Shown here piece after piece: positions 38,401 to 49,400 of a stretch of DNA of 64,000 nucleotides. The notes under the pieces were generated by a model, which worked only from the letters and a program-made list of their open reading frames with translations, ran no database searches and was not told the origin of the DNA. The position numbers and the translations under genes were made by a program. The first letter of the stretch is position 1. Each line of letters begins with the position of its first letter. The stretch covers positions 1,547,907-1,611,906 of the forward strand of contig CAJINV010000009.1 in assembly GCA_905178155.1 (NCBI GenBank). Direction: 5' to 3'. This stretch comes from Amoebophrya sp. A120. Taxonomy: Eukaryota > Protista > Dinoflagellata.

Positions 38401-40481
38401 CCCCGGCATAGGCGCGGGCTTCTTTTGTAGCTATGCTCGCTGGGGATGGGGTCCGGAATGGCTCCGGGCGGCTTTGGCCCGCCGCGGCCCAGCGCAGTGG
38501 GTGCTTCCGAAAGAAAGTATTTCAAGGGGGCGCCGGGTGTTTTCTGCGTTGGCTTTTCATTCTATTGGCTTTGGAAAATTTTGGGAAGGCTTCGGGGAGA
38601 TATTCGGGAGGCCCCTGCCGTGCTCTTTCCAGTTTTTCCAGAAGAAAGAAGAACGAGGGGGCCCGCCTACTTGCGGCCTCCGCGTGGGTGCGTCTGCCCG
38701 GGCCCGCCGCACGGGAGGCGCGCCCGCATATTGGAGGCGTTGGCCCGCCCCGGGGAAAGGGCGCGCCGCAGAGCGCGGCCAGGGAAGCGGGCCAGTCTGC
38801 CCTTTGCCGACCGTCCGAGCCCGCGCGCCCCGGCGGCTTTCGCTTCTGCCCTGCCCTCCGCCCCAGGGCAGTCTTTTGGCCGGCCTTGTGCTTCGGGGCA
38901 GCCAGGCGGCCTGTTGGCGCGCCTCCGTCCGCCCCGGCGCGCGCCCGCCCATTTCGCCGGGGGCCCCGGGCCTTCGTTCCTTGTATTGCCCGGCCCGTGC
39001 GCGTGTCCCACGCACTCGGCGTGTGGGTGTACCGCCCGCGCCCTACCCAGAAACTGCCTGCGTGGCGCGCCCCGCCCGCGCGGGCGGGCACGAAAACGGG
39101 GCCGGCCCCAGGACTGGCGTGCGTGGGCGAAGGGGCCCGCAGGAAGGGTTGCGCCACTTATTTTGCCCACTGGACTGACTGACTTCGCCCGGTCGGTCGC
39201 AATGGCGGTGGGCACGCACCCACGCAGGCAAATCAGCTCGGCGGCCGAACTGCCGGCGAGGGCCCGAGGAAGGATAGAGCAGAGAAGCTGCATGCCACCG
39301 CCCTAATGAGAAGACTGGCAAAAAGAGCAGGGGTGGGGCCCGCCAAAAGTTTAGGGCGGCAGTGGGCCTCGGCCCGGGCATCCACCCCATGTGCGCGCCC
39401 ATGCTATGGGCACCGTTGTGACAGCCGGGCGGGCCGTGTCCTGCCTGCCGCGCGCGGCTTTCTCTGGGCCCTCTCGCGTAGTTCGGGTCCAGAGGGGCCG
39501 TGGGTCTTGGTCTTGCTTTTCGTTTATCGGTCGCCGCGCCGCCGTGTCCTGCAGAACGTTACTCAATAGGCATAGCCATTATTTAGTCATGACGGCGTGG
39601 CACGGGAGTAAAGACCTTGGAACTAATGCGGGCAGGGTGCCTAACCCGCGGGGGAGAAAACAGTCCAAAGCCCGGGGCGGTTGGATGTGGATCAGGGGCA
39701 AACTTTGTGTATGTGCTGGAAATTTATTGTTGAAATATTTTTGAAAAGCTTTGCGCGGTCCGTTTGTAGGGTAGCTTTGCCTCTGCCATCGCGTCGCCTT
39801 ATAGCTTTGTCTTTTGTCGCCGCATTCCCGACATCGCACTACCATGGAGATTGAGTATATTCCGCATGGAAAACTCGCGCAAATTGTTAAAGAGCACCAT
39901 ACCGCCGCGATTGGGGTTTTTATGATTTTTCGGTTTTCGGTTTTCGGTTTTATATAGCAAAATCCCCTCCCTGGTCCTCCCTACCCTGGGACCCGGGATT
40001 CTATAAACTCTTCTGTTTAAGTTTTCGCAGGGTTTTTGCAGTTCTTGCAGCCGCTCGCTGGCGAGTTTTCTTTTTCTGGTTGTGTGTCTTGGGTTTGTGG
40101 GCTGGGCGGGAAAAGCAGGCTTGGGCGCAACAAGGGATTGGAGTGGGGCCGGCAGAGGGAGCCCATGTTGCCGGTGTGTGTTTCGGGATGGAAGAGGGAT
40201 TTTGGGTGGGAAGGTTTTGGGTGGGCGAGTGGCCAATTAATTCTACGACAAAAAATCGCCTTTGTTGCGACAAAAAATCTGAAATAATTAAAAGAAATCG
40301 GCTTTCGGCCGTGTTTTTTTTTTCCTTAGGGATTTCAGGAAGAAGCCGAAAAATGTCGCACCCGTGTCGCACCGGTGTCGCACTCGTGTCGCATGTCGCA
40401 AAAAAAAAATTTTTTTTTTCGTTTTTCTTTTGGGATTCGTGATTTTTTTATTTCCGGGCCCACTGGGGCCCGATCCCGTTG
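35432..40481. mobile_element. 5.05-kb non-autonomous hAT-like DNA transposon
   Basis: TIRs CAACGGGATCGG(C/G)CCCCAGT match 19/20 and start with hAT-type YARNG. 8-bp flanks AGGCAGAT (35424-35431) / AGGCAGAG (40482-40489). Inverted subterminal blocks (GGAGGACCAG repeats ~35529-35565 vs ~39966-39986) and TGTCGCA repeats 40354-40400. No transposase visible. Confidence 0.85.
35715..37190. repeat. 39-bp palindromic minisatellite (regular core 36040-36690, decayed flanks)
   Basis: Unit = palindrome AATTGTTGAAGTGGCCACTTCAACAATT plus an 11-bp linker; TGGCCA at 36231, 36270, 36309, 36348, 36387, 36426, 36465. Confidence 0.9.
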
Positions 40482-42089
40482 AGGCAGAGACTGCTGAGTC
40501 CATGCTAGACGAGCCAGGAGCAGTCGCATACTTGCCGACTCAGGAAAGACATGCGCCACTATTCGATATTTTGATAGACCAGCACGGCAGTGGTGTGCGT
40601 TCAAGGGAATGCCGCGCCTGACCTGCTGCCGATGGGTGTCATTGTCTAGCGGCCTCGCGGCAACTAGGCAGTGGGTTGGTCGGTGGCGGAGGTCCTGCGT
40701 GGCGCCCTCGGAGTGGATCGGCCAGTGGCGCGTCGCAGGAAGGTGAGCTGCCCCTGCTGATAGGATGGCGCGACGACTCGGGCCAAAGCGGCGCCGTGCG
40801 ACGACGCGCGCAGATTGGGCACAGTCCTAACCGAAGCGGAGCCGGGTGCCACGCGCCGCGAGCCCAGCGCACGACGGTGGCGCGCCGCCGGTGTTTTTCG
40901 ATTGCCAGGCGCCGGGGCCCCGGCCGCGCGCCCGCCGGCCAGTGTTGCGCTGCCAGCCGGGCCGGTCGCGTCTGTGTGTGGGCACCGTGGCGGAAGGAGG
41001 GGGAACCAAGATGGCCAAGGCGTCGAACCGCGTCGAGCAGCGCCAGCGCGCACGATCCCCAAACCCAGCGCGTCCGGTCGTACATCAAAAAGCGATCCAG
41101 TCGCGCCGTAAATGTGCCCGCGCGGAACTTCGCAAATTTCTATGCCGCAGATTTGATGTTGCTGATGCCCTCGAAAAACGCGCCAACCCGAAGCGCGCCG
41201 GCCCGCCTTTCGCACGCGTAGCGGTTGGCTGCGCCCCGGCCGGCCATGCCGACCGCGGTCGGTCGCTGGCCGCCCGCGCCCTTATATATTTCGAAAAGGC
41301 AACGGGAGTGGGCCGGCGCTGCCGTGGCGCCTTGCTGTATGGGGCATTCATTGCCGCCCCACACCAGTCCGGCTGGCCCAGCCCAGCGCGCCCCCGGCGC
41401 GGGCCAGCTGGTCCCCCGCCGGGCCGGCCGCCGCCCCTTCGCTCCGAGCGAGCCGCTCGCATGTGCCGTTTTTCGGCATGCGCGCACTGGCATTGAAACA
41501 CTCAGGGTCAGGCATTGTGTTGCATGGCCGTGATGCACCTGCGTTGTGCGGGCGTTAGATTGATTGGGCCAAGCAGCAAAGCACATGCCCAGCATTCCTT
41601 GTTGGTATCGTGCGGGGACAGCTGCAAGTGAACTACAACAGCAAATGGCGGAGCGATGGCATGCTTGAGTGTTCTTTAGGGCGGCTTTTCTCTCTTGGTG
41701 ACGCATTTTTATGTTCATTTCTTAGATTCGTCCGTTGATTCCATCCTGGTTGGTTCTTTTCGAAATCAAAGTAGTCGAAAGCGATCAATCATACTGCGAG
41801 ACCAAGAGAGTGGACGTGGAGCGATGACCGGCCACGCATTACCATATCAAAAATTCAGTTATTTTATACAGTTCTCCATCTCGTCCTGGTCCTGCTACAA
41901 CAAATGAAAGAACCAAAATGTGCGAGTGTTATTGATAGGAGTTGATACTCCTGAATGCAAGATGGATGCGATTGCGATTGAAACTTCTACTTGACTGATT
42001 GCGGATGGTGGAACGCGAGCAAAAGTACTTGACAAGCAGATTCCAAGAATCTTCAAGTCCATTGTAGAACAAGAGCGACTGTGACAGAA

Positions 42090-44543
42090 ATGCTGTCCGA
42101 TATCCCTGGCAGTCCTCCCGCGTGGTGGGGGGCTCTCGAAAATATACCGCCGAGCACGAGCAGCAGCAGCTGTATGGGGTTTCAGGCACAGTCGCACCAT
42201 GCGGTCAAAGACTCTGGTGCCTCAAACAGAGATCATTCATCCGCAAGAACGTGTTCTAGTCCAAGATCGACTACTAACACTAAGGGTCCGACTCCGCCAC
42301 ATGACCATGCGTCCTCGAGGAACTTGATACCAGCGACCCTTACGAGGTCCGACACTACTGATGGAAAACTAGAACCAGGACCAGCGAGGTCTGCTTCCGC
42401 AGCTCTACGAATCGCTGGTCGCGATGGGCGGGACACAACAAAAACGGAATGCACGCATAAGATGCGTTTTTCGACTTCCGGTCCCGCAGGGCCTGCGCCT
42501 TTGGCCGGCACAAGCCCTTCCAGCTCTTCTTCCTCTTCAAGAAGGAGGATGCGGTGCAGAACCAGGGCTCCTTTGCCAGCAATGCGCACCGACCGTAGGG
42601 AAAACCTCAACCTCGTACTCTCTACTTGCCCCAACTCCTACGTCCTCTGCAACGATGTACCAAAAGAGTCCGGAAATATCGAACGCAACACGGCAAAAAG
42701 GCCTGCGACTTGCGCGAGTTACGCTGCGTCGATCAAGCTTCTCGCGAAGCTTATTTTCGCAAGACACGTTTGTGCACTAGATTTAAGACCGCAAGCCTCG
42801 GACTTCGATCCCTTTCCAGTCCCAATTTACCCGGACTATACCAGGGCAGCACGGGTGGAGGCTTCTAGCGGCTTTTCCTCCTCGTCAGGTCCGGAGGTGG
42901 AGCAAACAAGCCCCAGCAATGCGAACTACGGACTGGAACTTCTGCAGCAAGGGTCTCGGGCCGGCAGCGCCGCTGAGCTTGGCTCAACAGCAACTTCCGC
43001 AGCGGCGCAGCGCGCAGCGAGACAAAGCAGATCGTCCTCTGCTATGACGAGAATGACGACCTCAAACCAAATAGCAGCTGCTGCGCGAAACAAAGCCGTC
43101 ATCCGGAGACGGACGAATGACAGGCTGCCACCGTACAGCTACAAGGACATTCCGAAAAAGCCCGATGTCGCGCTGCCTGCCCTCTCGGCCGCGGACCCAA
43201 TGGAGGTGGCTTTTAATGTGACGCGGAACGACCTACCGCTGGACGGCGCGGTGCGAAAAGTCAACGAGCCGTACCTCGTCGAACACAACTTGACTACCCG
43301 GGTAGTGCAGCTTGACGGTAGCAACACAACATACAAAACGGTCACGAACACGCACCGGCTGAACCAGTCGCTTTACTGGTACTATGGCTGGAGACGATTC
43401 GTGCGTGAAATGCTAGAGCGTCAAGATTCGGCAGCAATGTACGTAGTCCTTCCATAGCTGCAGCAGTTTCAGCTCTGAAATAGCAATAGAAAATTTTTTG
43501 TACTTAGGTATCACACGGAGGAAGAGGACGAAAGCAGCAAAGAGGAGAAATCCACCACGCCGCCAGACAGCTCGGCAATAGAAGACGAAGGGGAAGAGAA
43601 AAAATCTGACACCGCGGAAGGGACCAGGCCGAGCAGTGGGCCCGGAGTTCTAGCGGAGTCCGGGGGAAGGATACCCACTGACGTTGTGCAGACGGAGCCA
43701 AAGGACTTCCCGGAGGGCAGTCAAATCGGAAACTTGCGGTTCTCCGCCGACGTGGGGATGTACAAAGTACGTACATATTTTGTCTGCGTGGTGCTCTGCG
43801 ATCTAATGTTGTTTAGTATTCAACAGCGGCACCACCTCGAACTTCTTCAAAAAGTCAAAATCACTCCTCATACACGACAAAATCGCAGACCACGGTGCGC
43901 GGCGACACAGAAGGGAGAGGGATTTTGACGATCTCGAGCAGTCGGCTAGGCGGAATTCTGATTAACCGCGGGCCGAGGACGTCTATCGAAGCGGACTCGA
44001 TCGTGCACGGTGGCGTGACCACCAGCGGCGAGCTACACTGCAGCTATAGCGAGCTACGGTCCGGGCTGAACGCGGCTGCGTACGTGTATCTGGACCACTG
44101 CACCATCTCCGGGCTTTTGTACTGCGACTCAGCGAACACGGTCATTGTCACGAGCGGCAGCGGAAACGTCTTCAACGCACACAAAAACTGTAAGATCCAG
44201 ACGTCGGAGGAAGTCAAGGCGGTAAAGATGAGTATGCTGCCGAGTGTTTGCACGACTTGTTGTATACAGCTTGTCATGTATAGTTGCGTCAAGACTGAGT
44301 CTGCGATGGACAGACTAGCACAGCGGCTCACGAATCATCCACGAAAAGTGCTCACGTATCTATACGAAAACATCAAAACAGGGCACCTTCGGAATGTATC
44401 CCATGTGGATGTTTACGGTTGGTTCCGTGGTGCTCTTTGTGGTTCTCTTCGGCCTGGCCTCTCAGGCCGTGGATGAAGCGCACAAGGAACGGGAGCAGCT
44501 GATGCGCGCAGCGGCGGGCATCGAGAAGGAGGAGAATAAGTGA
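42090..44543 (+). CDS. Membrane-anchored protein with a beta-helix (bactofilin-like) segment, ~700 aa; join(42090..43438,43508..43766,43889..44221,44382..44543); start uncertain
   Basis: Three phase-compatible GT-AG introns. Exon 3 reads TTVRGDTEGRGILTIS..SIEADSIVHGGVTTSGEL..; exon 4 encodes a TM helix (MWMFTVGSVVLFVVLFGLA). Confidence 0.65.
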
Positions 44544-45388
44544 GCAGAGGCAGCAGGAGACTCTGGAGTTTTCTAGATGCTCTCAGACATCTTGGGCTTC
44601 GAAAAGGGCGTCGACGAAATACCACGTTCACGAATAAGACAGAAGAAGATATTGACAACGACCGAAGTTTTGTAAAATTTTCAAAGTCAGTAACGGAAAT
44701 TATACAGTATTCACGACTCAAATCAAGGCATGACCAAAAAGATGGCTGCGATAAGCCAGGCGTTTATGAATATTTGGCTGAATATGGTTTCGATTCATAG
44801 AATCAATATCAATCACAATTCCCATACTCGATCGAAGCATGTTCATGAACGAAGTTGCTTCGTGTCACGTTTTTTTAACCACTGTACAAATTTCAGAATA
44901 AACCACATGATACGAATGCCCTGTATAATACTCAAGAAAGAGCGTGTGCATGACCATAAGCAGGGTGGCGGCCGGAACGACAAAATGAGTTGTACTTTTG
45001 ATAGGTTTCCAAAATGAAGAAGTTGAAGAGAGAGCCGTCTATACGAGAAACGGTCTTAGTCTTTCGTCAGACAAACTTGGCTGCTGAGCTGCCCCTTGCT
45101 TCAGCATTGTGCGATGTTCGCTACGGTCGTTTGCTGCTCACGTAAGTAACATCAAATCACTTTTACACCTTTACGTTGGTGTGCTTTCAGCTTTTTTTTT
45201 TTCGTACATTGATCACGATCTCCCATGTGGCGCTCGCTTGTGAAACGATGTGACGATCTTGTACAGTCACCGTGCGAACCTTGACGCGCCAAGTAGCAGC
45301 TTGTGGGTTTAGCGCGCATGATCTTTCCACACCCTGTTCCAACATAATCCAAATATTCTTTTACTGCTTTAAGTCGCCATATGGCAAA

Positions 45389-45850
45389 ATGGTCTTCTAC
45401 GAGACGTGCCTCTTCTTTCACAGCAAGTCGCACTCTGGGGATCAACAGGCGTTGCTGCGAAAGTTCGGGCAGCTCGTCGCAGAGAACCACGGAAAGCTAC
45501 TCCGAGTTAAGGACCTCGGGTGGCGCTCGACGGCCTACCCAGTGAGCAAACCCCGGGTTGGGATTTTTTACCACGGCCGGTGGTTTTCGGTGTTATATGG
45601 CACGAATCCGAAGTGTATACCACAGCTGCAGGAGTTTTGGAACCACAATTCCATATTGCTGCGACACCACACTGAAAAAATCGATTTCTTCAAGGGGTCC
45701 TTTTACAAACCGAGGTCAACTTACTACCCAACCTACGGGAACGCCAACAAGGGCACTTTCGCAGCGGGAGATAGCACGACCGCTAGTAGTTCTGGTGGAG
45801 CGTCACCCGCACAGACAGCGTTTTCAGAAGACAACTTCATGAACGTGTAA
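45389..45850 (+). CDS. MRPS6: Organellar (mitochondrial) ribosomal protein S6 (bS6m)
   Basis: MVFYETCLFF..GKLLRVKDLGWRSTAYPV..YHGRWF..ILLRH matches the bS6 pattern (YE, G+R.LAY, LR). Confidence 0.8.
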   Translation: MVFYETCLFFHSKSHSGDQQALLRKFGQLVAENHGKLLRVKDLGWRSTAYPVSKPRVGIFYHGRWFSVLYGTNPKCIPQLQEFWNHNSILLRHHTEKIDFFKGSFYKPRSTYYPTYGNANKGTFAAGDSTTASSSGGASPAQTAFSEDNFMNV

Positions 45851-46448
45851 AGCAAGTTTTGGGTTGCTATTCTAATAGTCCGAGCCTGCAACTCCACCTC
45901 GCAAGCACGTAGGAAGTGTGCTGCAGCTCATTTCTTTTTTTTCAGAAAAGAAGCAAACGGCTACATGCAGTTTGTTCGATGTCAAAAAACGGCTCATCGT
46001 TTTTTAGGTGTTGTTTCCGTAGTTCACTTCGGCGTCGGGAAAGAAGAGATCACAGTTTCCGAACCACTGGATCCGTTTTTCAATTTGTGTTTTCTTTCTT
46101 GTCGTCTGCTCTATTATTGCGACAGCGGCAAGTTGGTCAGTGACAAAGCCGACAGTTGTAGTTCTGGTGACGCATGTCTATGACAGATCCAATTTGCAGG
46201 GCCAATAAAGGGGCCGCGAACACATTCATAAGATTTTGGACCTGCTGCGACATCAAGAGTTGGAATTTTGAATGACTCGAACTGTTCTGCAGTTTCGTGA
46301 GCCCTTGGATTTATTTGATTGCCTAGCCCTAGTCGAAAGCGAAACCGAAACTTTTATCGAAGTTCCAAAGTGATTTACAACTTGAGTATAAAGAAATTTT
46401 TGATTGCTAGCACCGTCGGGAGGAAGTGGCGCTGCATTGGCATCCCTT

Positions 46449-49400
46449 ATGATGCTTGAAGATGCAGAGGACGACGCCGTATCTGTCGCATCTTTTGCCA
46501 CGGGGCGGTCGGAGCACGATAGTGACGATGAAGGAGGATTCCCGGTGTTCGTAAACCAGGGGAGGGAGTCGTGGCACAGCGCTCCTTGTAGTGCAAAAGA
46601 ACAAGCTGGTGCGCAACTACCTCCAGCTGCAATTGATACGAGAAGCCAACATGCCTCGACACAGTTGCCTCGGGTGGAACTGCAAAATTACGAAAGTGAT
46701 GCAGCGCCAGGTTCTCACCAACACAATAACGCAAGAGTTGCCGCTTCTCTAGCAGAGGAGCCTGCAGAAGATTTGCGTAGTCTTCGGGGAAGCCGAGAGA
46801 CACACAAGAGCTCCGACGAGAACAAGGATGCAAATAGAGAAGAGCACCAAACCAAGAGCCCCCCATCGTCGGAAACTTCGCCGATATTAAACAAACGAAA
46901 GGACGACGAGCATGGTCGCACCAGGAATACAACATCCGCGTCTCGTGTGTACTTTGGTGAAAGTAACTCTGATTGCATTCTTGACGACAAACCGAACGCC
47001 ACTAGCACTGCCTGTACGGCGGAAAAAGAATACGCCAGGACGAGCGGACATGAAACGCAAGATGAGAACGAAGCAGAGCGGCCTGCAACTTTCACAGAAG
47101 GGAAGGACAAACAAGATTTTCGTGTCGAGCGGGAAGAAGACGATGATGACGCATCGTGGACCGAAGTGGTCAATTTCAAAAAGAACAAGAAAAAGCGAAC
47201 CGCCGTCGGAGAAAACGTAGTAGAGCAACCTCAACAGCAAAACGAGGGAAACAAGGAAGAGGAGGACAAAATAGACGCGAGGTTTTTGAATTGGCGAAAA
47301 GAGCGGGAGGAAATCTGCAGCAACGAGGCGAAAAATCTGCACGTGAAAGACAAGGCAGCACTTCTATCAAAGGCGAAGAAGCGCGACAACTGGATTGTTG
47401 AGGACGATGCTGACAGCGCCCGAAGCACAGGTGGTCCGCATTTCGCCACAAATTTCGCTAGTCTCGCAAGCTCACATCTTCACCATGACTGGGCGGACGA
47501 GGAGCTCGGGGCAGATGATGACGCTTTGATCCACCCTGACGATCTGAAAAAAATGCAGGAAGAACAAGGCGCGGAAAGCCAAAAGGATGGTGACCGAGAT
47601 GAGCATGCTGACTACAACAAGACGGGCACAACCGCAGGAGATGAAAGTTCCTCCTGGCGCGCATCGACATCATCTGCGGCCACCACAAGCCGGGCCGAGC
47701 GAGAGCGCGAGCGCAAGCGGCGGAACAAGGAGAAAAAGTGGGCCAAGTGGTACGGCTACGAGGAAGCGGATGACAGCTACTATCACGATAGTTACAGCAG
47801 CAAAAAGAACAAATCCTCCAGTGCTGCTGGTACTAGCACCTCTCTGTCCACCTCTTGGGACAAATACCAGAAAAAATCCTCCAAGTACAGCCGGAATAAA
47901 TGGGACGACGACCATGCGCGAGACGAAGACAACTTTCACAATCGCGACGGCCGCGAGGGTCGGAACAAGTACAAAGATTCGACGTCCGGCTACTACAAAA
48001 AAGACAAGTACGACTGGAGCAGCAAAGACGACTACGATAGGGACAACCATCGTAAGAACAGCAAAGAAAGTAGGAAAGAAAGCAAGCGGCGAGACGCAGA
48101 GGAATTCGATGCGAGCGCCCGCCCGCGCCGGGTGCCTTTCGGTACAACTTCTTCTAAGCGAGGCGAGCAAGAAGACCGTGACTCCGACACGCATTTTTCA
48201 GCATCTTCCAAAACAAGAACGGCGAACACGGAGCATGGCTGGCTGTTTGACTTTTCCATCACGGACGCGATCAAAGCGAGGAATGCGCGAGCTAGAAAGG
48301 AACGCCAAATGGAAATTGATGACAAGAACGAGGACAACAAGGAACACGGCGATGATTGTGGCGATGATGAAATAGCAGCATCCACCTCTTGCAATAAGGA
48401 TCGCTTCAGCCAGGACGAGGACTTAGATCAACTCTCCCCTGACGTAAAAACCACCGCAATGAACTCGTCCCTGGCTTCTACCGGAACGCCGCCTTCCTCC
48501 AGCCACCCGACCCCGCAGCTCGGAGACGAAGATTGCGGTCCGTCTTGTGACACCGACGAAAAAGGAAAGAAACAGAAGGAAAGCAATTGCTCGCACGTCG
48601 ACGCAAAGGTCTTGTTCGGCACAAGCAAGGAGATAAACAGGGCGACCGAGCATGCAGATACTTCTTCGTTAGCAAAAAACTACGATCATGTTTCCACTAG
48701 TACGAGAAACCCAACGCGTCAGACACACGACCTTGAGGCTGCGGCTTACCTTTCGCACTTGCAGCAGCTGCACGCTGCGTCTGCTGGCAACATGCCTCCT
48801 GTTGTAGCAGGGACGACCGCTCAGACCTATTGGCCAAGTGCGGCAAGTGGCATCGCACAGCAGCACGTGGGTGCAGCGACCACGTATGGTGGGGATAATA
48901 TGATGTCGCACCTGGTACACGACCCGCATCAGCATTCACATGCCTACAACCAAGCGGGACACCAGCATCTACTTTCCGAGCATCAAGGATTTGTCGACGG
49001 GGGCGGTGGTCACCTGCACCATAATCAGCAAGCTGCCACGCACGCTGCAAATCAACACCACAGTAACTTCGACGAGCTGCAACAGCAGCACATAGTGCAC
49101 GGCTTTGGCACCTCTTCCGGTCAACACGGTGCTCGACTGCCTGTCTTGCCCGCCGGACCCAATCCGCTCGTCGAAGAAAACGTATGAACGATCATGATCT
49201 ACTGCGAGCCGGCACCCATATTGTCTGGAAATGCATCATTATCTCGCTTTGTCACAGTTATATGTGCATCATGATTTGTTTTCTCAACTCGCGTGGTACT
49301 GGTCCAGTACGAGGAGTTCTTAGAGGCATCTTTTATCTCGGTACGTTTCCGAATCACGCACCCAGCCCAAGAATCACGCACCTGAATCACGCACCCACGC

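Larger units (their letters stand above)
34840..41500 (+). pseudogene. Decayed GC-shifted coding-like or repeat sequence interrupted by the hAT-like element
   Basis: Both flanks of the element are GC-rich with protein-like remnants. The frame AWRSQA|ETAESMLDEPGAVAYLPTQERHAPLFDILIDQHG reads through the reconstructed empty site. Confidence 0.3.

Noticed and set aside
37200-39600. Many overlapping 150-360-aa ORFs as a transposase or cargo genes
   Set aside because: Open in most frames because of high GC; Arg/Pro/Gly/Ala-rich with no recognisable motifs.
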